NCBI GenBank assembly: GCA_904063045.1 | Contig: CAJFCJ010000005.1 | Location: forward strand, 1,255,988 to 1,319,987 | DNA length: 64,000 nt | From: Dimorphilus gyrociliatus | Lineage: Eukaryota; Animalia; Annelida | Direction of reading: 5' to 3' | Shown here: positions 23,801 through 36,491 of the stretch, in pieces | Layout of the letters: each line of letters opens with the position of its first letter | Position numbering within the stretch: the first letter of the stretch is position 1 | Notes under the pieces: model-generated | Seen by the model: the letters and a program-made list of their open reading frames with translations, nothing else | What the model was told of the DNA's origin: nothing | Databases searched by the model: none | Made by a program: the position numbers and the translations under genes

Positions 23801-26331
23801 ATTCATCAAGAAACAAGATACTAACTATTGTTCAATTATTAATTCCAACATTATTCACTATTTTGGCTGTCGTGATAGTGAAAAGGATAGAAGGAAGATT
23901 TGGAACAGACTTAGAAACCATTGAACTAACTCCAGGAATGTTTCAGCGCACTATAACTTACGCAGAGACTGACATGGAGAGTTACCCTTTTTTAAATGGA
24001 TATAAAAGCTTCATTCAACAAGGAACCTTCCAAGAAGTTAATGATTTAATCGAAAGTTTAAAAACTGTTTCTGAAAATATGCCAGTCACGTATAACAAGG
24101 AATATATGTTAGCAGCAAAATTTTCAAAAACTGGCTCTACAGTTAATATTACTTCATATTTTAATGCCGAGGCTTATCATACTTGTGCAATTGCTGTCAG
24201 TGGTGCTACAAATAGCATTTTTAAAAAAGTTGTTGGAACGAGTAGATCCATTACTGCATCCAATCAACCTTTGCCTTACTTACCAAACGCTAGGGCAAAA
24301 GCGGAGGTTGGCAGCCAATCGAATCAGAGTTTAATTATTGTGTTTACTTTGATGTTCGGTATCGCATTTTTGATTGCATCTTTTAGTGTATTTATTGTGA
24401 AAGAAAAATCCGTCAAAGCAAAGCATTCGCAATTTATATCAGGAGTAAAACCGATGAACTATTGGCTGTCAACTTTTACATGGGATTTTATAAACTTCCT
24501 CTTTCCAGCATTATGCGTTATTGCAGTCATTGGAATAGGACAAATTGATGGCTATGTAAAAGATGGAAACTTAGGAAAAGTGTTTCTGTTATTTATTCTT
24601 TTTGCTCTGTCCGTTTTACCATTTACTTACTTAATCTCTACACCTTTCAAAGTGTCTGCATCAGCTTTTGCTTGGCTCTCCGTAATTAATATACTAACTG
24701 GTATTAGTGCTTTATTAGCTGTCTCAATATTATCGTTGGAAGATCTAGGTACTGAAAATATTGCTAAGGGTCTCGGTTGGCTTTTTAGTGTCTTCTTGCC
24801 TCACTATTGCTTTGGTTCAGGAATGATGGACATCTTCAATAATTTCCACACTTTGAAAGTTTGTTTGGAGGACTTCAACCAAATGCAATGTAAACAAGAC
24901 CCTACACATCCTTGTTGCAGTAGTTGTAATAAAAATTGTCTCGATTATGAGAAAGATTATTTTAGCTTTAATATTCCAGGAATTGGCAGGCCTGTGGCAT
25001 TTATGATCTTTCAGGGTATAATATACATGAGTATAACTGTTTTCCTTGAATCAGACCTGTACAAACAAGTTTCCCAAATAATATTTCACGTTATTTGCAA
25101 TCCAAGAAGACATACAGATTTCATTGAAGAGATAAACAATATTTCTTACGAAGTACATTTAGATTCTAACTCTAGGTTATCAACTATTGTACCTATGAAT
25201 TCAACACGACATAATATTGATAGCGACGTTTTGGCTGAAAAGAAGAGGCTGAGCATTTTGAACAAAGAAGACATTAGTAAAAATCATGTACTGGCTTTGG
25301 TAGATATTCACAAGTACTACGAAGATTTCCATGCTGTTTGCGGTCTGAGTGTTGGAGTCTGCAAGGGGGAATGTTTTGGACTCTTAGGTGTAAATGGAGC
25401 GGGAAAGACGACAACGTTCAAAATGTTGACAGGGGATGAGAATATTTCGTCGGGAAATGCATGGATAGATGGTCATAATGTAATAAATAGTATGGAAAAA
25501 GTACAAAAATCTGTTGGATATTGTCCACAATTCGATGCATTAATTGACCAAATGACTGTCACTGAGACTCTCTATTTGTACGCAAGATTGCGAGGCTTGC
25601 ACAAAAACGAAATAGCTCAGGCTGTTGATGAATTGGTTGACTCTCTTTTGTTACGAGATCACAAAGACAAGGAAACAAGACAATTGTCAGGCGGTAATAA
25701 AAGAAAACTATCAACGGCTATAGCTTTTATGGGGGACCCACCTGTTGTTTTCCTCGATGAACCAACCACAGGTATGGACCCTGTAGCAAGAAGACTTCTA
25801 TGGGATACTTTAACACAGGCAAGAGCTCGAGGTACTTCTTTGGTGCTTACTTCACATAGCATGGAAGAATGTGAAGCGCTCTGTACTCAAATGGGAATTA
25901 TGGTTAATGGAGAATTTAAATGCCTAGGAAGTACTCAACATTTGAAATCCAAATTTGGAGAAGGTTATACAGTTTTAGCTAAAGTTCAGTGTTCTGCTGA
26001 TAATTCCTATTCCGTTCCTGATGTTACTCAAGCGTTAATGAATTTTATTGAACAGTCATTCATGGGAGCAGAACTCAAAGACTCTCATGACGGGTATGTT
26101 CACTATCAAATATCTGATAAAGTTACATCGTGGGCTTCAATATTTGGATCAATGGAAAGAGTCAGAGATATGTATCACCTAGAAGACTATTCGGTTAGTC
26201 AGACTACATTAGAGCAAGTATTTATAAATTTTGCCAGGCAACAGCGATCGCCAGAGCATTCCAAAGTAGGATGCAAAGTAAAATGTACAAACTGCTTGAA
26301 ATTCTTTTGTTGTAAATGTTGTAAGTTCTGA
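20854..26331 (+). CDS. ABCA3: ABC transporter subfamily A (ABCA3-like)
   Basis: Starts MQSVGRQFLLLIWKNWLIQKR. NBD1 has GHNGAGKTT / LSGGQKRKL / ILDEPTSG and NBD2 has GVNGAGKTT / LSGGNKRKL / FLDEPTTG. Exons ~20854-21163, 21222-21479, 21533-21777, 21837-23464, 23546-~23635, ~23699-26331. Confidence 0.95.
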
Positions 26332-26552
26332 AATCAAATGCCTAACAATTTCTAATATTTTTCTTCAAAGAACATATTAATGGGAATTCTTAATGATTCT
26401 TTCAATAAATTTTATTTTTTATAACTTGTTTTACAAATATAATCCAATCAAAGCGTTGCTGAAAATGAGCGAGTTCAAAATGTATTGCAAACGCGTTATT
26501 GATAGTCCCTCTACTGATACTAACAACAATATATTAAGAGTTGGTTTTAAAT

Positions 26553-29500
26553 TTATTTTCCTCTTCTATTTGGTTCAGTAGCTGTTGGGGGTGGTGGGGT
26601 ACCCTTTCTATGCATATCATCGATATAAGACATAATAATTCTTCGCCGTTCTTCTTTATCACAATCCAAAACTAAGTAGCGCTTATCATTTTTCAGAGTG
26701 CTTTCAATTTCAGCTAAATGAGAACCCTCTGTATCTGCTAGAAGCTGTTTAGATCTGACAAATAGATAATTATCAAATCGTACGAGAATAATATTCAAAA
26801 TAGTTACTTATGAGTTATAATTTTCGTCTCTTTCAGTAAATCCTTTAATTCCTGCTTAGCCTTCTCAAATTTATCGTACATGTAGGAGTCAAATTCCCTT
26901 TCCCGTTTCTACAATTAAGTAAGATCATTATCAGCTTATATTTCTTCTCATAATTAGTAATAATACAAAACTTATTATTACCCTGTCACTTGAAGAGAAT
27001 TTAGAAAATCTTGGATCTTCCTTTATGTACTTTTTAATATCTTTATAGCTTGAAGTTAGAGTGAATTGAGGCGTTTCGTCTAATAATTTGTGAAACAATT
27101 GCTTATTTTTATTAGCCAAATTATCAACATGCTCATTGAACAAACGCTCCTGAAAAAAAATATTGATTATATATGTTACAACAAAGCCTTATCCGTACTT
27201 TTTCATCTCTACCGATATCTTCACACAAATCCCACCTATGATCCTTTTTGAGAGCTTTTTTCGTTTCTCTCCAACTTGCATCAGCCCCCCGAACCTAGGG
27301 AAATTCAGTTAAGTTTTATAGAAATGTTTTTATTCAAATAAATACCATATCCACAAGTAGGGCCTTAAATTGCTGAATAGCCTCATCTCTCTTATGTATC
27401 TCTCTTTCCTTTTCCCTTTCCCTTAAAGAGCTAGACAATGAAGCTTCAACCTCTTCTCTCCTCTTCTTCAAACTTTCTTCAATTCGTTCCTGCTTTTCTC
27501 GTTCTCTTTCCTCTTCCTCTTCAGAAGACTATTGAAAAACAACTAATATTGATAAATAACTTTAAAACAGTTTTGAAAACATACATCCGCTTTAATTGTT
27601 TTAATAAAGTCTTTAAACCAGTCCTCTTTCCTGCTGGAGCTTTCAATAGCTTTATAACGATGATCAGTGTCGATTTTTTTCTTTACTTCACTCCATTTGG
27701 AGTGCTTATCAAGATTTTCTTCTCTCAAAAGTCCAAAAAATTCAGCTTTTAACTGTAATATTGAAAGTTAGTTGTAATGTTTTCATAAGAAAATGCTAAT
27801 GATAATATAAGACACCGCAATTATTAAAATTGAATCGATCCCTGAAAAAAATAAATTTTTTATCTTCGTTCGGAGCTGAAAACTTAAACATTGATTGATC
27901 GTTTTCTAATTTTCAGATTAATATCGTAATTTTAAAATTGACTTATATTACTTCGTCAAAGTAAATCAATATAACAAATTATTATAAGAGTATAGTATAG
28001 GCACATGTAAATGGATATAAAGGTTTATATTTACATGTTATAGTGCATACGATATTAATCTAGCATTAAGTCTAATAAAGTAGAGAGCAGTACCAAAAAA
28101 TTTTACTGTTCCCAAATCTCCTGAATCGTCCAGAATGCGTGTTTTTCCTTAAACATAACCAAACATCAGATTCATCAAACCAAAAGATATTTTATAAAAA
28201 CATTTGCTAAAATCTGCTAGTAAAGTCCTTGTTTTTTTGTTTATAATTAACATTTATAATTTATAAAATTAAAAGATTACTGTCCTTTACAACATATGAA
28301 CCTAAAATCTTAAAAGTGAATTAAGAAAAATAAATGACTGAAGTTGACATAAACTAGAACGTGCTTTAAATAAATAAAATTCAGTCAAGTATTTTCCTGA
28401 GATGATTTCAAAGAGAGTTTACAGCAATATCAGAAATATTATTATAACGAACAGCGGCCTTACCAGCTTCTGAAAAGCCTAAAAAGAATTATAGCTTGAA
28501 ATCTTCTCAATAGACATTATGATATTTATGATATATATAGTTCATTTTATAAATATATATAATATCGATAAGGAGTAAAGTATGAGTGCAATGAAAAATT
28601 CATTAAATTTATAAAAATTAAAAACGTACTTTTTCCTTTTCGCGATGTTTTTCCTCTTTTTCTTTTTTACGCAAACCTTCAACAAACTCATAAAACAAGG
28701 CCTCTCGTTCTCTAACTTTTTCAATAGCTTGAAAGCGTTCATCTTTCTTATACTTAGACTGAAAGTCGCTAAACATTGACCTATGGGAAAAAAACAATAA
28801 CGTTTTTTCGCTGTAGTTTCAAAATACCCACTTTCCATGTAAATTTGCTTCTTCTAACATTTTTTTAAAATTTTCTTTCCGTTCCTTTAATTTTCTATGT
28901 TTTTCTTTTCGCTCCTCTTCTGCTCGCTCTCTAACATAACTTTCAAAAACCTATCGAAGCAAAAATTAAAAACCATTACTGTCCATAAAAATAAGTTGTT
29001 AAAAATTTCACCTGTTTCCTTTCTTTGGAGGTTAAAAGCAAATAACGTGAATCAAACACTATTTTATGTAACTCCTTCTCCCAAGTTGAAAAAGCCGAAA
29101 CCTAGTCAATCAAGAACGGTTGAATATTGAATTCTGAGAAAAAATATAGAAAACCTCTTTTTCCGCAAGCATCGCTTTGAAACGTTTCATTCTCAACTCC
29201 AAAGGAATTATTGCCCTCTCTTGGGAAGCCTTTGCCTAATTAAAATTAGTAATTAACATACAGTCCTGATAAAAAGTCTTGGGCAGGGTTGTTCTTAAAG
29301 TAGAAAAAGTGAAATATTTAACTAAAAATTATTAGTTAAAAGACTTTTTATCAGGACTGTATATTTTAAAAAACAAGTAAAGCTTACTTCTGCTTCAATA
29401 GCAGCATCTTTCCCTGCATCGATTTTTTGAGGTTCAGCTTGCGCAAGCAGACTTGCCTTGAAATCATTCCTAAAGCGAATTCTAAATTTAAGATGACAAA

Positions 29501-31208
29501 GTTAATGTTGTAAAAAGCATACTTTTTCTTTTTAGTAACGGGTGATTCGTCCTCTTCAGCCTCACGTTTCTTTTTTTTTGGCGGAATTGAAATAAATTCA
29601 TCAACATCCTTCCTGTCTATAAGTTCTTCTGGCCGTTCCCAAACAGAGGTTTTTGCTGACGGGTTATAAAAGAAAACTCTATTGTCTCCAGTCCAAACGA
29701 CACACCTGAAATCAAATTTATATAAACGCTGCAACTGTAAGATTATAAACTACCAAGGTGTTCCAGATACAGGCGTTGAAGAAACTGGTTTGCTTTTATC
29801 AGCTGATTTTTTTTGTTCTTCCTCTTTCTGTTTCAGTTTTTGTTGTTGTTCGAGTTCCCGTCGAGCTGCTTCCATTCGAGCCTCCATTGTAGCGGTATCA
29901 GCGGTAACTTTTGCCACATCAGCAAGAACTTTTTCGTCAATTCCCATACCATCTTTCTTAATTGAGGCGTTATGCATAAGGACTTCGCCAGGGGGTCCTT
30001 CAACGTGCGTATCCTCTTCCTCGTCCTCTTCACCTTTAGATTCCCAATCCATCAAAACTTTCGGTTTACTCCAGGTCGTTTCATTGGTACGTGAATTGTA
30101 ATAGTAGGGTTTTCCTTCAGGTGTTCTATGTTCCGTCCAGTCTGAAACTTCAGGTGGTTTTTCTCTCATCATTCCACTATTAAGAACAGGTGGTGGACCT
30201 CTCATTGGCATTCCCACTGCAAAAATTTACTATAGAAACTTAACAAAATTTTTATAACTACTAACCTGGAGGGAAACCCCAATTTCCTGGAGGAGGTCCA
30301 CCAAATGGTGGAGCGCCAAATGGAGGTGGTCCACCAGCCAGCGGCGGTGGTCTAGTCATTGGGCCTCCAAATGGTGGTGGGCCTCGAAATGGGGCTGGCA
30401 TTGTGGTCTGTTGTTCAGGTGGTTGTGATAGCTTCTCTGCCTCATCTTGTGTTAAAACAACAACATTTTCAGGTTTATTCCACCGAGTCTCTCGTGATTG
30501 CGAGTGATAGTAATACGGCTTGCCATCAGGTGAAATAGTCTCGACCCAAACTTCTTGACCAGGATACGCAGCTTGAATTGGATTGGCATGTTCGTTTACC
30601 ATCGATTGGTCTTGATTAGAATCCATTGGAAAACTTGAGGGTTCACCTCCTCCCTAAATATGTTAAATAAATTTAGACACAAAGTAAATTAATTTTTTAT
30701 CGATAGTGTTAATCTGAGCGCATTACATCTCTCTTAAAAATTATAATCAATATTTTTCAGTGAGCCACAGAATATATATTACATTTAACTTTAATTAAAA
30801 AGATTTCAATTTGTAGTTTATGAAAGCTTTAAGTAATGATTTAATGACATTAACCATATTTGGAGGAACATTCCTTGGTGGAGGCCAGTTACCAGGTGGT
30901 GGACCGTCAAATGGAGGAGGCCTGTTAAAATGAGGTGGTGGTCCCCTCATATTAGGGGGAGGGCCTCTCATCGGAAAAGGAGGACCTCTTGGAGGGAATC
31001 CAGAGGGAGGGCCCAAGTTTCTGGAAAACAGAATCAAATAGTTTAAGTGTATTTTTAATATAAATTATAAAAATTTTTTAACTCAAAATAATTCTCTTTA
31101 CCCTGGTATATTATTAAATTCTTTATTGCTATCCGATTGTTCGTAGTTTCCACTGGAATTGAAATTTCCGTCAGCTCTGTCGACATTTTCTCTGCCGCTA
31201 GTAGCCAT
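26553..31208 (-). CDS. TCERG1: Transcription elongation regulator 1 (CA150; 3 WW + FF domains)
   Basis: Pro-rich N-terminus. WW1 [23 protein letters not shown]2 [22 protein letters not shown]3 [23 protein letters not shown] repeats ([20 protein letters not shown]). Terminus [13 protein letters not shown]. Confidence 0.95.
29261..29359. mobile_element. Tc1/mariner-type MITE in a TCERG1 intron
   Basis: Perfect 20-bp terminal inverted repeats CAGTCCTGATAAAAAGTCTT (29261-29280 and 29340-29359). TA dinucleotides flank both sides (29259-60, 29360-61). 99 bp, non-coding. Confidence 0.75.
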
Positions 31209-31466
31209 TTTGAGTAAAAGTATCTTCGATTTTAGATTTTGTACCGCGCTGAGAACTGGGTCGAAAAATCTAAAAGATTTACATATAAGTCCAATAGATG
31301 GAGCTGTAGACAAATAAATGGCAAGTGCTGGCCAAGACAAGTGAAGATTGACTTTAAGAAAGCATTAAACTTTTCATCAATTGTAATATCATGAGGTTAT
31401 CTCTTCAATTATTAAAAAAACTGGCTCCGGGGAAAATAAGCACAGGGTAATATATCATAGTATTTT

Positions 31467-31811
31467 ATGAGCGATAATGAGAAAGGTGATTTCAGAAAGC
31501 ATCGTTACATTCGTCCTTTAAGAAATTCTCAAAAATTATTGGCTGTTCAGGATTCTATCCGCGAACAGAGAAATATGACTTTCTTGGAACGAACTTACTT
31601 AACAAAGGTAGATGATAAAATATTTTCACTTACGAAATACAATGTTAACTTTAAGGAGGAAGAAAGCTATCTAGATCGAATGATTCTAGAGCCGGAAAGG
31701 TTGGAATTGAATAAAGAAAAAAGAATAAAATCCGAGAAATATTTGATGTTTGAAAACAGAACAATAATGTCTCACTTAGAGGTCCTAAACACGTCAAAAG
31801 CTTGGGAGTAA
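31467..31811 (+). CDS. Hypothetical 114-aa protein
   Basis: Single ATG-initiated ORF, long for this AT content. Charged, helical-looking composition. Fills the gap between TCERG1 (head-to-head) and AGPAT (tail-to-tail). No family recognised. Confidence 0.5.
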   Translation: MSDNEKGDFRKHRYIRPLRNSQKLLAVQDSIREQRNMTFLERTYLTKVDDKIFSLTKYNVNFKEEESYLDRMILEPERLELNKEKRIKSEKYLMFENRTIMSHLEVLNTSKAWE

Positions 31812-31966
31812 TAAATATTTTACTTATCAATCAAAGTACATTGATGAAGACAACAATAACAGTTTGTCATACAATTTGTAACGAAAAACTTTACCATAAC
31901 CTTATTTGGTATGTCTTAAAGTGCATCGTATTAATAAGACAAGCTTACTGAAAATTCCATTTCTTT

Positions 31967-33273
31967 CTATGACTTAGGAAGAACGTAATATTTTTCTAAA
32001 GCCTCCTTTGATGTTGCTTGATAAACAAGAAACATCTCATTTCGAACTCTTGCCACTAAGTCGTCTACATCGTCTGTAGTTAAGCCCTTTGTTTGAATAG
32101 GAGGTAACGCCGTTAGAATAACTTTTCCTGCCTCAAAATGCTTTCGCGTCGAGTCAAGAAAATTTGCATATGATGAGAAGACTAAAGGAACTATTGGAAT
32201 CTAAAAAAAATTATGAATTCAACTTAGCCAGTTGAAATAATAGACAGGTTTAGCTTTATCATACCTGAGCCTGTTGGGCTATGTGAAAACCTCCTTTCTT
32301 GAATGGCAAGAAGTCTTTTCCCATATGCCTTGTTCCTTCAGGAAAAACCCAAAGCTTGGCCTAAAGACAAAATATTTAGAAAATTATCTATCGCGAAGAG
32401 CGAAGAACTAACTTTATCTTTTAAAATTATTTCAACTGTCTGATCCATGGTTTTTCTGGCGTCACGTTTCTTGGTTCTATCAACAAATATTAATCCAGAC
32501 AGCCAAGCCGCTATGCCAAAAGTTCCAAGATATTTTAGCTCTTTCTTACCCAAAATTGTCATTCTATCGGGAAGATATTTCAACATGCCTGAAAATGCCT
32601 CTTATTAATTTCAGCAAAACTCACTAATTTTTATCAATTAAATCTGGGACTAAAGATAAATAGTGCTTTTACGTTGATAAGTCCGAAAACTTTTTGATAG
32701 CTGTAATTATTTCAGAAAAATGTCTTATTAAGATCAATATATGAAAACATGCTTTCATTTCGAATAGTTCAATCATATTGCAAATATTCACGCAATTCTC
32801 GATTTCTCCTTCAAATAATTTTTGTCAGTTTAGAATATTTTCGCCACTCGCTGGTCATATCTGGCGTGAGAACAAAGGCTGAATTATTAGAATAGCGAAC
32901 CTATTAAGTCAAGTGAGCTTTGATGATTAGCCATTAATACGTATGGTTGATCTAGCTGTAAGTGTTCCACTCCCCTAAGTTCGTATTGTATGCAGAATAA
33001 TTGTAGGAAAATATTCAAAACCGGAGCTGTCACTCTGTAAGATAAATTAATTGTTATCATACTTTAACAGTGTTACAATACTTACCTCGACAAATTCTCA
33101 ATTCGGCAAGGTCTATGCAAATTTAGTGGTATAACTAGAATGCCAAACAAAAGCCATGAAATATTATATATGACAAATTTAGTGTAATATTTAAATGTAT
33201 GGTTTTTTATCCATAGGTAGGGAAGAGAAAAAAGTGACAACACTAAAAAAATCTTCAATAGCTGCCAGAACAT
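31967..33273 (-). CDS. AGPAT1: 1-acyl-sn-glycerol-3-phosphate acyltransferase (AGPAT1/2)
   Basis: Acyltransferase motifs [33 protein letters not shown]|IPIVP spread over multiple exons. Confidence 0.93.
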
Positions 33274-33739
33274 ACTGAGTTCTAGTTCTCGTTATTGTTT
33301 TTGAAAAAGGTCTTTGTCACACGTTGCTCTTTGACCGGTTTAGGAAGGTTCCGGATCCGCTTTGGCGCAAAAATACTATTCGAATTTTATGAATCTCTAC
33401 TTAGTTCTTGTAGCCCTTTTTTAATTGAGTGTAACAAACGTCTCATATAATCTATATTAAATCATCTTTTGTGAATGCAAGAAAGATATAAAGGTGTAAC
33501 TTATTTTTTTTCAAATTAAGAAAAATAACCTCTATTATGATCAAACAAGTAAAATTGTTTATCTCACTTAAATGGCACTTTGTATTATTATTATTAAAAT
33601 ATTAAAAAACAAAGAATGTCCACTAACTATTTGGCACGCGTACTACGCACATTCAAATACACTCTATCACTCAAATTTCGAAAATATTAGTTGAACGGTT
33701 AGGCAGTTATTATTAGATATTGTTGAATGCTTTCTCTTT

Positions 33740-35487
33740 TTACACTGACGTTTCAGAGTTCAGTTTAAGGACAAATTTGTTGCACTTATGATCAATTACC
33801 TCTTCTGTTAGGTTAAAGTGAGGTATTTTCCGAATATTTATCAATAAAGCAACATCGCCTTGTCTTAACTGTATTAGAGATCCATGTTCGATATTCCTTG
33901 AGACTAGTTGATCACAAATCAAAACCCAAGTTTGCGTGTTTCTAAATATATAAAAATAATTAGTTCAGTTAAAAATATATATATTTATGTGCTAACGAGT
34001 ATTCTTTGTCATTCATAATGATCGAACCCTGAGTCAAAAATTTTTCTAGGAAAGCTTTTGGTCCCATGTCATGTCCGATACAAAGAGCTAGATGCCGTAA
34101 AATTGATTCCATAGAATATCGTGGCTGTTGTCGAGTGATACGTAAATATTTTTGTAATGCCCGAGCCAGAGAGGGAAAAATAGCTTGAGCTGCTTCGCTG
34201 GGATCCATTGGTATGGCAGGACCTGAAGCATGAAATCATTATTTACTGATCACCATTCAATATTTCTTACAAACCTTGTTCATTTTGCATCCTCTTAATA
34301 TGGCTGAAAGCCTCGTCTGTTGCTGCTACCAATCTTGCTCTTCTCTTTTTAAGTCGACGCTCATAATTCATTTCATCATAGAATCGATCATTATGTCTGG
34401 TGTCTGATCCGGGAGGTGGCCTTGGATTGCCCAGACCTGTATGGTTCCCCATATGAGGCCCGTCAACATTATACACTTTATAACTTGATCGTGAATTTCG
34501 CTTCGGCATGTTGTCTAAATAAGGATTATATGCATCAAAATCTCGAAAATAGTTTTCCAATGTAAAAACGGCCAATCTCTGAATGCTCATGTCACCCACT
34601 AGATATGACTTTGCAATTCCATCTGGTGATCTTACAACATGCACAACAAATCTTGATGTCATATGTTTTAATTTTAATAATATTAAGGCTGCATAATGAA
34701 GGAACAGTAAAGAATCTACTAAGGAGACAGCAAATTTAACAATGGTATGGTAAGACGTTTCTTTCGTCTTTATTATTCTAACACCATAGAAAAGCCAAAA
34801 TGCAAAGATAAGAATCGTAGCCAAAAATAAAACGAATGCTTTCATAACTGCTATTCTTGGCAGGGTAGCTTTTGGAGTACGCCAAAGTAAACACCAGGCC
34901 CCAATAAGTAGAACGACAACTTTAAATGAAAAACTTATAAATAAACCCTCACAGGATGTATCACAATCATTCGTTGTCCAATCATCAATTATATGGATTT
35001 TTGGTAAGAGTAACATAGCTATAGGGCTAAGAATAGTTATCAAGCTAAAACACGCAGTAAATACAGTTCCAATATATCTAGCACATGTAAAACCAACAGA
35101 GTTCTCTATGTCGTTGCTAAACTTTGCCATATCATCTATTGAGAAACCTGCTTCTGATGTATTTCCAGTTATAGCTGTAGTATTATCTCCCCAGTTGTCA
35201 TCTTGCTGAAGAATTTGAACTTCTATTCTCTCAGTTGTTTGTTGATTTCTCTGGCATAGGCCAGGAACTCCAGCTTCCGATTGATCACAAACTGGTTTAT
35301 TATTGGTGTGCAAAGAATTTGATCTATCATCTTTGAAGAAGCATTCGTTGGGCTCTGATCGAATTTTAAATTGACTTGGAACTTGAGGTTGTTCATAAAG
35401 AGAGTGTAGGTTATAAAATCTTCTCTTTGATCTCATTGATCTCTCAGATCGCTCAGATTTTCCACTTCTAACAGATTCAGTATCCAT
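33740..35487 (-). CDS. Vangl: Van Gogh/Strabismus planar-cell-polarity protein
   Basis: [14 protein letters not shown] start, [17 protein letters not shown], four TM helices, [40 protein letters not shown]-terminal PDZ ligand ETSV*. Confidence 0.97.
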
Positions 35488-36491
35488 TGAAAATTTTCTG
35501 CCGACTGTTAAAATGAGTGATGAATAACTGTAAATGTATTTTATTTACAAATTTCATGCAGCTGAAATTTTATCAGTGAATTTTGAGTATTCAGATTTTA
35601 GGAGCTATCTTTGAAAGTTCATCGTTCAAATAATTCTTCTTAGACAAAGACTAGTCTGCTACATGGACAATGCTTCCTTGTGATAATAAATTAATAGAAT
35701 AATTTACTGCTGTTAGTTTGTTGCAAGTGTTTTAAAACACTTGTTAAAAGTACTTTAAACTTATTAGAAAATAATCAATATTAATTTTTCTAATATTATT
35801 TCTATAATAGAAAATCGGTCAATTACAAACGGTTCACAAAAACTGCCTAATAAAAAAGTTTCCGAACCACAAAATTCTTCTATAATGTAATGCGTCTTGT
35901 CATAATAATATTCAGCAAGAGCACCTTATCACTAGAGAAAGTTACTGAGATGGTTAGAGAACTTTCTTAGCCAAAAGAATCACAAAGAACCGGAAGGTGT
36001 TGAGAAATTTATTTGAGTTGACTATTCGAGAGTATATCATTTTTACTATTCAGACTAACAGTCTCAAACTCACTTGAGAGGTTGGATTCGATTCATTGCT
36101 TTAATCGTATATCGGTGAAAGAATATCGATTCCTACTTGAGTTTTTGGAAAAATCTTTCAAGATATTGCTCCATACAAAACTTGTAAATAAGCTACTATA
36201 GCATTTTAGTTATATAAGTTGCTGACGTGAAAAATAAGTAAAAGTTTTTTACGATCAAGATTACCTTGGGCTATGTATCTGTGATTCAAATCAAATTATA
36301 AAGTATATTCATCTTCGTATTTAAATTTTAAATTTGCCTAGCTATTTTAAGTCGTTAGGTATACTTGTAATGACTAGCTTTAAAATTTTAAAGAAAGAAT
36401 AAATTAATACGAACCTATCTAATGTTAAATGGATATTTTGTTTCCCAAACAGTCCCCGATTTACTAGCATCTCAGTGAAACACTGAACAAA

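Noticed and set aside
35900-36230. Short spliced ORF (MEQYLERFFQKL...) downstream of a TATA/CRE on the minus strand, upstream of Vangl
   Set aside because: No donor phase matches the Vangl acceptor for an N-terminal extension. Most likely 5' UTR or uORF sequence, and unsupported without transcripts.
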